From: Spizellomyces punctatus DAOM BR117
Lineage: Eukaryota
NCBI GenBank assembly: GCA_000182565.2
Contig: KQ257461.1
Length of the DNA stretch: 64,000 bases
Direction: 5' to 3' (one strand)
Each line of letters starts with the position of its first letter. Position 1 is the first letter of the stretch. The position numbers and the translations under genes were made by a program. Shown here piece by piece: positions 52,571-64,000 of this stretch. The notes under the pieces were generated by a model. The model was given only the letters and a program-made list of their open reading frames with translations. It had not been told where the DNA came from and ran no database searches.

Positions 52571-54585
52571 TCATTCCGCTCCTGCACCGCCTTCCTCCTG
52601 CTTCTTGACTTTCCCTTCCACCTTCAAATCGTTACCAGTCACCCGCTTGTATACATCCTTGACGTCTTGGCACGTTGTCTCAAAGTGACTGGTGGCATCA
52701 TACGATTTTGTGATGTAAACGCCGTCTGCGCGGCCGTCTGCGACAGGTTCGTACAAATCCGAGACGCTAATGAACCTGATTACCAAAGAAAGAGATGATT
52801 AGCGCTATTCAGAGTCAGGCCCATAATAACCTTGCTACTCACTTTTCTGCGATAGGTCCCAATAGGGCCATTGCAGGTTGAAGTTCCTTTTCAGGATCCG
52901 AGGTTTCAACAATCGTGGAAACGATCGCGGTCCAGTAGTCCTTAGCGGCAACATTGTGAGCATAGGAGACGGCGGCAATGTAAATGTCTATCGCCAGGGG
53001 TATGCGTCAACTTTTAATGAGCAGAGAGCAATGGAAAGACTTGTAATGATACGCACCATGACCACGGTTGACCTGCTTCTGAGGAATCACGATCTGGATC
53101 GAGTCGGCATCGGCCGTGTTGGGTATTGGGTGGTTCAAAATGCAAATTGCGCGGACGACTTGGCCAGTCTTCTTGACTTTGTCAGGGAAGTAACTAGGGT
53201 CACCAATAACAGCCTTCGTTTTGGCCACCTGAATGTTTCCGGTAAGTGAGACTTGCTTTCACGTATGCGCAAGCGCAATCTGCAAACTCATACTTCTCCC
53301 TCGCTCTTTACGCCAACAATTTTGCCGTCTTCGTATACAAGCTCATCAACCTTTTTGTTCAACATATAAGTTCCACCATAAATTGCACTCAATCTGAAAA
53401 CGGCCATGTGTAAGCATGCATCAACAGACATGCAGGTTGATTCCAAAAGCACGTACCGTGCAAACCCTTGAGGCAACTCGCCCAATCCGTATAGTGGATA
53501 AATGTAGGGACTCTTTCCATAACGCGCCATAGAGTTCATGTACAAGCAAATTCGTTCGTAGGTTTCCTTAGCAGGTTGAGTCATGTAGCTGTCGTCCAAG
53601 TGCAACGCCAAGGCATGTCCGACAAAGTCTTGGGTGCCAGGCTCTAAACCAAACTTCTTATAAACCTCGGTCATCGGCACAGTGTTGAGATCCAAGCCTG
53701 ATGAATACAAATGCGCATATCAGCGTGTCTGCCCTGATCAGATAAAATGCTAATAATTCACACTGAACCTTGATGAGTGGCTGGATTGTTGAAATCATAT
53801 CCTTGGACAAACTCAAAGAACTTCTTGGCTCTTCGCTTTTCAAAGATACCCATCAAAGGACTCGAGACAGCCTCAGTTTGGTTTGAAGGCACTTTGGAGA
53901 TGCGACCATCGCGGTAGACGTAGCTTCCCGCAATTTGACGGAACTCAAGATAACGAGTCACATCGGTGTGGTAGAGAATGTTGGTGAACTCGCCAGAGGC
54001 CATGGCGAACTTTGGAATAAGATCGACATTCCAGTCACGATCACGTCCAAACTGGGACGGTGGCTGCTGATCAGGGCGGAACTTGCGGTACAGCTACCAA
54101 AATAGTAGAAAACAAAAATCAACAAAAAGATGCTTCAACACGGTACATTGCCATTAACCCTTGAGTGTTTCCGGATGTCCTCTCATACCTGAGTCAAGTT
54201 CAAACTTGCGCTCTCCCCACCATAGTAATCGTTGCGATCCATGTGAAGGACCTTTTTGCCTTCCACAGACAGTAATCCAGACAGGATACATTCAGTCAAA
54301 CCGGTGCCGAGCACGATAACGTCGTAGCTTTCATCCTATTGAAAATTGAAGTCAACATCAGTACAGGTTACATACACGTCGGTTGCCCGCAATATTGTGA
54401 CATGATTCAACTCAAAGCTCCAGCAGGGCAGGAGGCAGATAATTTCAGGCGAATCGCAGCAATCTATTTGTGTCCTTGTCGTCATCATCCCCCTTCCCAC
54501 CGACTAACCCAACACATCTTTCGCGACTATGCAGTTTCCACGTATTCAACCCTCTCCCGCCGCTAACGTTGACAAGACTCACCAT
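52571..54585 (-). CDS. GDI1: Rab GDP-dissociation inhibitor, multi-exon with an ATG-only first coding exon
   Basis: [89 protein letters not shown]. Confidence 0.97.
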
Positions 54586-55072
54586 GATGACTGTCTAAAT
54601 TCGTCAAAAAGAATAGCAAACACGAAGGCGATGAGTTCAACAAAACGAGGAACCGCGCGCTGACGACTGTTTCGAGCAATGCGGCAAGGGAATGTGACAA
54701 GGGAAGGTGCCACGGCCACGTGAACTCATTAGATTATGTCAGATAGATTACGTAATATGGTTAACAGTTTATTTACGATCGGGGCTTTCCATTGCTGGGG
54801 ACGCTCCAATATCTTTTTGCCTTTATGTGCAGGTTACTTCCTTGTTGTCTTTGATGACCATCATATTACTCTTGCTGCAGCATCTTCTGTATACGCATGC
54901 ATTGGGTCTGCTTCCAACGCCCGCTAAAGAGATCAATCGCGGAGAACAGTGATACAATATATTCAAATGGCTTGTGCAAAAACTCGCCAGCAAGAATTCC
55001 AACTAGAGCTAGCATTTCACCTGCAATTTATCGATAACACCAATGAAAGAACCTCAGTCACACCCAAACACT

Positions 55073-55835
55073 CTACGGGGCACGCTTCAAAGCCAGCACA
55101 AAAATTCCAATCAAAAGGGCAAGGCTCAGCAAGGTGAACGCAGCGTGGACGCTTGGTGATTCCGTAGCGAGAGCTCCAAGCTGCCAGAAGATTGCAAGCA
55201 GGAAAAAGACCCTGTGTAGAAATTTTGAATTATACGGCTATTGTTACATGACATTCTGAGGGAAGCAACAGACTCACCAGGTGAGAACAGTCAGCGTATA
55301 GTCGCCACCCACTACAGATATTAGAAATTAGGTAAACTGAATGGAACAGTGTACGTATTTTCTCTTGTGTACCTGCCGTAATAAGCACGGCGGCAGGGAA
55401 AAGCATCAAAAATGTATCACGAGCAGCCTTCCGTGCTGCCTCCACCTTGCCGAGCTACGAACAAGTCATCACGAGTTGAATCAATCTCCTCGGCATTCTC
55501 TGGACAAAGGACTCTAGAATATCTCACCCATTCTGTATCTCTAGCCGGCCGTTCAATTTCTTCTAGAATAGGAAGCTGTACTGAAGGCTCGCTACGAGCT
55601 CTTACGGCGCGCATGCCGTACAGAACAAGCTGCAGGAGCCACCTGTCAATTGCCAAATAATCAGCAGATGAATTGCCTCGTCATCACATTTAACACTTTC
55701 AATGCAGCCTATGTTGCTTTCCGTCAAAGGCGCTTACCAGGTAAGAAACAAGACAAAGACAGCCAACCAGACGCTATACGCATTATCATCGAGAGCGAGA
55801 CGACTCCGGTTGGCCAAGGTGCCGATAGTCGCCAT
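55073..55835 (-). CDS. Small multi-pass membrane protein, 5 exons (not evident in the ORF track)
   Basis: Manual splicing: MATIGTLANRSRLALDDNAYSVWLAVFVLFLTW|WLLQLVLYG...TEW|LGKVEAARKAARDTFLMLFPAAVLITA|VGGDYTLTVLTW|VFFLLAIFWQLG...LLIGIFVLALKRAP*; all four introns are GT-AG and keep the frame. Confidence 0.65.
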
Positions 55836-57267
55836 TCTTTTGAAAGAGACTTGATTTGAATTCGTTAAAGCTTTGAAGGAGAAGGTTTAAAGGCTGCTTA
55901 ATCTTTGGTGCAAATGCGAAACAACCGCCCTTTGACTGGTGCTAAACTGCTAGCCTTCATGCGTGAGACGGAAACTTTTCAGCACGTCACGATGTGGAAG
56001 TGAGTAGCGCATGAGTCTTGTCACGTCAGATCGGCAGTCAAGCCTCCAAGGGCTTGCCATGCGCGGGGCAGCAACAGTTCCCACAGGTGCATCGCTTCGC
56101 TGCTATCCAAGTTCAATTTGCAATATGATTCAGTCGCCAACAAATTAGGAAAAACCCTTATGTAGATGTATATTTGCGCATCACCTCCACCATGCAGTAG
56201 AGACCATGTACTCTCGTGCTATTCAATTCAATGGTCCGATATGGATAATTCCTCTGCCTGGCCAAACAGCCGGGTGTTGGCTCAGACAGCCAAGGATTGA
56301 TATCTCCGGGACGGGGACCGAGCGACCATCATCCAACCTATCAACCTGAGACTCACTTCTAACAGTTACTCCCGTCGTTCCCGCCTTCACTGACATCATT
56401 TCAGAAAAGGACTTCAAATGCGAGGCTCAGAAAAGAATTGAACCGGTTCAGTAGATCGGTTGGCCACATTATATTCACCCATTGGCACACCGGTCTTGCA
56501 AGGTCGGGTACAATCTCCTCCTCAAACAGGCCCTTCTTACTCTCTATTACTTCCCGTGCGCCCCAACCACAATATTTTTTGAACAGCGATGGATTTCAGG
56601 AGGAACATATCGTGCGGAACTGGACAATGTCACCGCCATCTCAAAGCCCATCAACGCCAGGGTCGAAGTGAGTAGCATGTGGGAAGGTAGGCAGATATGC
56701 GCAGAATAAGGGCTCTTTATAACAATAATCCGCGCGCCAGATGATCACCTCACTCCCCATCTACTCCCATTTTCCACATTCGATTACTCCATAGCCGAAA
56801 ACTGCTCGTTCTCCAGAATTGTCGTTTGCCCCGTTGCATGCGGTGACCAACAACAGGTTCACGACTGACCGAGGGCTAACCGATGAGATATTTTTAAAAT
56901 ATCTTGGTGAAATCAAGCTGTGCACCTGGTCATACACCCGATTTTCGGTGGAAAGAGTGAGAGCCACACTGCCCCGCGAATGGAAGCGTTATTTAGCTTT
57001 GAGATATGTAATAAGGGTGGGCAAACTCGCGATAACCTCGAAATATTATAGAGATCTTGTGGAGGTCAAGATATGTACACGCAACGGGCATTCTATTCCG
57101 AGCAGTCCCCTACAGCCGCCTGTAGATATTTTATGCATCCATCCGCTTACAAAGTATACCCATTTCTACATCAATTAAGATTCGTTATTTACAATAAGCT
57201 ATATACAAGTATCACGCTGCAGAAAGCGAACACTTCGTCGTAGTTTGCCAATTCAACTCGCTGCTAC

Positions 57268-60017
57268 TTAATCTTCCTCACTCTCCCCATTTTCAGCTTC
57301 GCTGACTTCCAATTCACTCCTAACATCTTTAAAAAGATCGACATCATTTTCCAAAAATTTCTCAATCTCGAGCATGTTGGCGTCCACATCGAAATTCTGC
57401 GTCAAGCTTTCAACTTGATTTGTCTGCAATGGTGAACCATCTGCGGACTACCAGTGACAATCAGTGGGAGTTGACACAAGGGGGATACTCCGTGCACTAG
57501 AACATACCACAGTGAAACCTCTGATAGGAGAATCAAATAAATAGATTAAGGAGTCTTGTCGTCGCAAATCACGATCCTTGCTCCCTGCCTCGGGAGTGAC
57601 GTCTATGAAAGAGGTTGACGTCGCCGTCAATGCCGGCTGCAGTGGAGAGTTTGGTTGTCTTCGGCCTTTGGATGGGGGTGTCTTTACGTTACAATGGTAA
57701 CCGGAGGGTGTTGCCGCACTGGTTACATGTGATACTGGTACGGTCCGCTTCAACAGTCGAGAATTCCCAATCAATAAACGCGCTGCTACACATACACACG
57801 GATTCTTACCTTTGGAGAACGGTACGTCTTGAAAACACGTGGCGAGGGCTTCTTCTCTGTGAAATCCTTGTCCCCTTCGCTTTCCAATGTGAATACTCTG
57901 TCTTCATCATCTTCCTGACTGCCTGGAAAGTCAAATACATCTCTCTGACGTCTTATCGGTCGAGGTTTCGATACCGTCGATGAAGAAGCCGTCAGGGGAG
58001 AATTTGTTCTGGAACACCGTGCTGGTTTTATGTTGCCAGGAGTAGTGCGCTGGCGAACTTGGACTGTAGACGCGGATTGGGATACTGGTAATGATGCGAG
58101 CAGGTCGTGAGTTCCCTGCTTTGGAGTAGTATCTATTAGGCTGGCTTCTTCACCGCTATACCGTGATATAGCGGTATTGCGACTTTTGGGTAATACGTTG
58201 TTGTTCCCACACCGTATCGCGCGAGCCTTGCTAGATATTATTAGCTCTCCAGCCACCTCAGCAGTTACCCCGACCTCAGCGGCTTCCACCGCCAGTATTG
58301 GCTCAGGATAAGCGCCAAAAGGACCCTTAGCGTATTGTGGTGCATTTTCAGGAAGGTTTTCTATGACGCCCAAGCTTGCTACGGCGTCCTCATCAGCGCC
58401 TCGCAACCCAACAGTATCATTGTGCGTGTGATACTGACCGAAAGCCATGCTTGCAGCTCCCTCGATGCGAATGTCATTAACGTCGGGTCTCGGCTGTGCT
58501 TCATGAAGCGGACTCTCGCTTCGAGTAGCTGGTGCCAATTTTGGCAGGACTGCTTTTTGAGTACCCTCTCTGACTTTCTCTTCTGCGGCATCTTTTTCAC
58601 GGGCGGCAGACACCAACGTGCTGAGCTCTTCGCCGGTGGTAGTGCTTTCTGCCGCCACAACAGGAGCTGCGGAGATCGTGCTGCTTGACACCACTGCTTT
58701 GCTTCCCGCGGTCGCAGGTGTGGATGTTTGATTTCGAACTGGGAACTCAGCCCCAGACATATTTCCGGCGCTAGATGTAACGTCTGTGACAGGTGCTTGT
58801 AGTGGCCCTTTCGCCTCGGCCTTCCGCTTTTTTGCCGCGATCAGACGCATTTTGTTTTGAAGAGCCTCCTTTTGCTGTTCTAACTCTTCCATCCTCTTCC
58901 GTACCGCTTCCATCTCAGTCGCAGTTTTCATTTTTAGAGCTCTGTGGTTAGGTTCCCTCGCAGGCTCATTGACGTCCTCTTCTTCCGATTCACTAAGGTC
59001 GATGACGTAGTTTATGAATCTCTCACGAATGAACGGCCGCAACTGTGCATATCCGGCGGTATAGGGAGACACGTTGTTCAATTCCGCATGGGAGTCTTCG
59101 ACTGCCACCGTCATATCCATTGGGTCATCATTCGATACGAGCTGTGGTGAATCTTCTCCCTCAAATAAAGCTTGAGTATCTCCGTGCGTCAGCGGAATTG
59201 AAGGACGAGCTTGCATGTCAGGAATCGTGAGATGCCACGTCCGACTCCCTCTGTTGGCATCTTCCGTATCACCGCTAAAGTCCAAGCCCCTGTCCTCAGC
59301 ATCTTCATCCAATATAAAGGCACCCGAGTTCGTTGGAGCAAAAAACTTTGCTATTCTCTTGATATTTCTCCGTCGTGGGACAATCACTGGTCTCTGCAAT
59401 GGCGGCGTAGGCGACCGGGTATTGTTTCTCTTCCCCAACGGGGTTCGTGAAGACGGGTTTCGCGGGCTGGTGTTTACACGGTCAGATGTTTCCTGGAGTA
59501 CAGGGGTTTTATCTCGTTGCAGTTGACACGAAATGTCCACTCTATCGGACTGAGTCCGTCGCCTCTTCTGACCCTGTCTCTGCTCCACTCCTCCCACAGA
59601 CTGCGCTCTTCTCACACTCTTCTTTGCACGGTTTGGCTTTATTTCTTCGGGTTTTGGTTTTCCATAATGCAGCCTGTAGCATAGCCAATGGCTCGCCTTG
59701 CAACAGTGCATGTTTGTAGACTCTGGTGGCCCGTCGCGTGACCGACGTCTTTTCCCTTCCCGACGAACATGTTTCTCACCAAGTGTGGTTGTCACCATCA
59801 CATCACGTTCTCCTGAACTGCTTCCACCTCCAGGGTCACCCTTTTGCGTTTCCTGCTGCTGATGCCTTTGTTTATCTCCGACAAGATCGGCGGGTGACGG
59901 TGGACTGATGTTCCAACAAAAGAGGTTTCCTGGATAATTCGACCGCAAGTCGGATTGAGAAGCTGGTTCAGTAGGCGTGTCGTTGCTCAAGACGGATGTT
60001 TCGACAATCACTTTCAT
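57268..60017 (-). CDS. Large, mostly disordered hypothetical protein with a central coiled coil and acidic C-terminus, about 3 exons
   Basis: 743-aa ORF ending at a GTAAGA donor; downstream exons end ...FDVDANMLEIEKFLENDVDLF...ESEED*; many SP/TP sites and basic NLS-like clusters. Confidence 0.65.
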
Positions 60018-60272
60018 GCGATTCCCCCTCCGTGGGTCGACCTGGGAGTATATCCGCGCTGAGCTGTCAGACGGACATGTCTAGGTCACGTGCTTAATTG
60101 TCCGATCCAAAGAGTTGCTCAAAGTTTATAGTGTAGATCTTCATTATTATTTAGTCTACCAAACGTCAACTCCACGACGGTGACATGGGTTGAGAAACTA
60201 TACGGAACGTTCAACATGCCATGGGCCATTTGATCGCAACAGGAAATCGCAGATCCCACCACAACCTCCTTC

Positions 60273-61089
60273 TTATTCCTTCCTCCCCACAGCCAACAGG
60301 CAAGCAACGTCATTCAACATTCCCGCGTGCTGACCATCTTCCACCTTCTTTTTCACGCTATAGGCGTCCTTGTGAATCTCAACCGTCGACAGGTCTGCTT
60401 TCATCCACGCCCCCAGTGTCTCAGGGTCAAATCCGTGATGAAATACCGTATCAGCCTGCTTTTTGCTATGAAATTCCTCGGCTGTTGGTGTTTTCTGCAA
60501 GTCCGAAATCACCAGGTATCCGCCAGGTTTAAGGTGACTGGCTAGCAGATTGATCATCCCCGGAACATTCTCAATGTGGTGGAATGCTACATGAGATACG
60601 ATCAAATCGTATTGGGTTGATAATTGTTTGGGATACGGCTCACTGAGGTTGAGGGCTTCGCACGAGAGACGGGTCTGTGCGCCTTGTTGAATCTTTTTCT
60701 GAAATTGTTCAATCATGCCTTCGGCGCTGTCGACGCCGTGGACATGCTGCACAAAGGGAAGGAGTAGAAAAGAGAGGTTCCCTGTAAGAGGAAATCTGTG
60801 AGGTGCGTATGATATGATGGCGTTTGAATTAGGAGAGAGAAGAAACCATACCAGTTCCACAGCCAAAGTCCAAGACATTCATGTCATCTCTCAGTGGTAC
60901 ATGAGTTTTAATGCTTTCCAATGCCTTATTAGCCAGCTCGTGCACTAAGGGATTCTCATCCCACTTGGCAGCCTTGTCATTAAAGTCGTGTTGAACAAGG
61001 TTTGCGCCCTTGCACCCTTGTGGGTGGTGTCCGTGATGATGGTGTCCCATATGTGTAGGCGAATGATGGTGTCCTGTGTGTTCCGACAT
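60273..61089 (-). CDS. Class I SAM-dependent methyltransferase with His-rich N-terminus, 2 exons
   Basis: VLDFGCGT|GNLS motif I, GVDSAEGM, YDLIVSHVAFHH, LKPGGYLVISD. Confidence 0.9.
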
Positions 61090-62002
61090 GCTGTCCGGTG
61101 CTCGCTGAAATATGCAAGAAAAGTTGGGCGGGAGAGCTTGTATTTAAATTCTTTGACCCTCCGATCAAACCCTCCGATGAACATTACTAATGGCACAACT
61201 GACTCACCACTTGGGAGGCGTTTTGTGATTGGGTGTGATGAATTCAGATGTCTTTTGTCATAAACGAATGCAATGATCCTGCACAAGTTTATGGATAAAG
61301 GCATTGGAAAGAAAAAACATGGCATAAATGATGGAGTAGCCCACACGAGAATAACCAAGATATATCAAGGGAAGGAAATCAACTTTAAAGATTGGATGAC
61401 TGTGCCAGACTGAATTCAAGTGTGGGGTAAGCGACTGGGAGGCAAAATATGCCAAGATTCCTGATATCCCTAGAATTCAATGACATTGAACAAGGCTACA
61501 GTATGCAAAAATATCATTCATACTCATTAGATAACTAATACTTAATCGTTGGCAATGAGAGAAACAGGTAGATGCTCGTTTCGATATAGTAAACTCAGAG
61601 TAGCAGCTGGAAAGTTGATCTTGCGATGCCAGTAAACGAATTCTGCCACAGCATCGAATTGCAAGAGTTTCGGCCATGTTCAAAAGTTCATTGTGGAAGA
61701 CCTTTGGGCCAGCTGCAGGAAGCATCCCAGGCTTTGAAAATGAAATGCACAGCCGCCTAGCAAGCCACGCCAATTACCTAAGCCAGTGAGGCGCACGGTG
61801 ATCTGGAGAGCACACTTCCTCCTGCCAGCTGGATAGATCTGGGGCATGTGGCAAGTAGTGAGCGGCTGTGAGTTATTGTGTCAGTGCATGTGATCATGTA
61901 TAGAATGGTGTATAAAGGTTTCTCTCTGTTTTAGTTCGACAACCTTGATGGTCATGTCTGGAATGTGCCAAGGGTGATCTCTCCATAGAATAGACCACTG
62001 AC

Positions 62003-64000
62003 ATGACAGATTCGGATAAGCACCAATGTTCTATCCTGGAACGAGCGCGGAAACGAATGAGGGATGAAGAAGACAAACCATTTGATGTGCAGAAGAAACC
62101 CTTGGCGCTGTCGCTAGACGAAGAACCCTGCCCGGATAATAAATCACATTACAAGAGACTCAAGACAGATAGTGGAGCTTCACTTGATCCCAACGGAGAA
62201 GAACGTAAATTCTGCCTTGAATCTAGAGCAATCCTAGAACGCTCGTCGACTGAATTCATAGATTTGACGCAAGAGGACGGCAGCCACGCAGGGATCACTG
62301 ACAGTCCGCCAAAGAGCTTCGCTCGAAGTCGATCACATATCATCGGTGGATACCAAGAGTTCCCAAGAAGAGGATCCACCCGAAAATCTCCATTCTCCAA
62401 TGCAAGTACGACCTCTCCGATCAAGCAGAGGGAATCTCAATCGTCATATAGATTACACAAGAAAAGAACCTCAGGGAATTCCTCTGAAGACAAGACAGCG
62501 ACGAATGATTTGTTTACTGGTCGCACCGCCGTTTTTCTCGAATGCAACATCTGCCCACTGCGATTGAAGGCACTCAAGGCGCGATGGGAAGAGAAGGGTA
62601 AATGCTGATTGTTGTGCTCCATGCTGGAAGCCAGCGGTACTTAACGGTTACTCTGAGTTTCAGGAGGATTCTGTTCGGATGTGTTGACAGACAAGGTCAC
62701 CGTATTAATTGCAGAAATTCCATTGCAACATGTGGTCAGTGCTTTGGGTATCTCCGTATTGCCGCAATCAGCGGTAGTCGTTCGACCCGATTGGATATCC
62801 CAGTCTATTATCGTACGTTATGTACATTATATCGAGCGTCCCGCAAGAAGTGCTAAGACCTACCATTGAACAGGCCAATAGGCTCCTAGATACGTCTCCA
62901 TTCATTGTCCCTGAGGCGGAAGTTGAGAAGTCACACGACAGCGACCATACGAGTGATGCGACTGAAATTGTTGAGACCGATGAAGAAGAACAGCCAAATT
63001 CTTTGCAGAGCAACACCTCACCGGCGTTACTGCTGGACAGAATAATGCAGAATATGAAGGACGGTCTCGATGACCAAGAGGAGGATGAGACCGAGACATG
63101 GGAGGTGGAATCGTGCCCAAAAGATGAAGAAGTCTGGGTAAGAGTGCTATCGTCGGACTCTTTACTGCCACAGACTCTCATGGACGATAATCAGGAAATT
63201 GCCTCCGCGGGCAGCTCCGATGATGAATCTAAAATAGATGTTAAAGCAAAATCACCTGTGGATTTTCCTAGAAAGAAGGTATTGCTTAACTATGTTGCAA
63301 GCGTCAAGTCATCTACGGAAAATGACATAGTGATCCGGTAATTAGATCCGAAACCAGGATCGCTTTCTTTGCATGCAAAAAAATGGGCGTGCGCTGCTCG
63401 ATGCGAACAACCAGAATTCACATCTAACGGATCTGCTTGAGGTTGTCATGCGTCGGCATGAAGCAGAAGGCGAGCATTTCCGTGTTCTTTCTTATCGGAA
63501 GGTACGGGATTCTCCTTGATCTCTGTCATATCTACACATAACACGACATTGTTGATCATGTCTGTGATGATAGGCTATCCAGACTTTGAAACGCCATCCC
63601 AGTCGAATTGAAAGCGGCGCAGAAGCTAAAAGAATATTTGGCATAGGCGGAAAGATTGCCGACAAGATTGATGAGATCCTCAAGACTGGCCGACTGCGGA
63701 AGGCAGAAGTTGTCCCAGAGATGCTGCCTGTGCTAGCGTTGTTCCAAGGGGTTCATGGTTTGTATCTACCGGGTGATAGTACATGAATCTGATTGAACCT
63801 AAATGTTATGCAGGTTGTGGGATCCAAGTCGCGCGACGATGGTACGCCCAAGGATGCCGGACGCTCGACGATGTGCGTAAAAAGGTCCAATTGACGCATG
63901 ATCAGAAGTTAGGATTAGAGTATTACCACGTAAGTCATATTCGACGTTGAGTGAACCGACTTTCCAGCTCATACACCTCTTGATCGTTAGGATCTGCAAG
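62003..64000 (+). CDS. X-family DNA polymerase (Pol lambda/Pol4-like) with BRCT domain, 3' partial
   Basis: BRCT-like LFTG...VVRPDWISQS; lyase domain FRVLSYRK|AI..LK, GIGGKIADKIDEILKTGRL; HhH region GVHG|CG...ARRWYAQGCRTLDD, QKLGLEYY. Confidence 0.9.

Noticed and set aside
27367-54585. BEACH protein, GDI1 and GDPD as a membrane-trafficking cluster
   Set aside because: Separated by unrelated genes; no sign of functional clustering
56200-57200. Possible small spliced gene or pseudogene
   Set aside because: Splice-like signals and short ORFs on both strands, but I could not build a consistent frame or find a motif

Overview
Eukaryotic, intron-rich (mostly 50-90 nt introns) genomic DNA from a fungus. 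It is probably a zoosporic (chytrid-type) fungus, judged by the PACRG-like and TMEM243-like genes. About 20 protein-coding genes were traced by hand: TMEM243-like, NADH glutamate synthase GLT1, pirin, a C2H2 transcription factor, an atypical SDR/flavin reductase, a hotdog thioesterase, a giant BEACH/WD40 protein, a zinc metallopeptidase-jacalin protein, PACRGL, a METTL25-like methyltransferase, a GDPD1-like phosphodiesterase, Rab GDI, a His-rich methyltransferase, a partial X-family DNA polymerase and several hypotheticals. There is also one tRNA-Val(AAC). A gene-poor ~5 kb stretch (46.2-51.1 kb) holds a degenerate ~110-bp tandem array, a poly-C run and a MITE-like inverted-repeat element. The standout is a ~27-exon gene (about 18969-24921, +) that the ORF track breaks into small pieces. 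It splices into one polypeptide: signal peptide, animal-type heme peroxidase, DOMON, 5-TM cytochrome b561, cytochrome b5, then an FAD/NAD(P)H reductase. That looks like a complete trans-membrane electron chain fused to an extracellular peroxidase, i.e. a DUOX-like architecture built from non-NOX parts. All exon models are manual predictions without RNA evidence.
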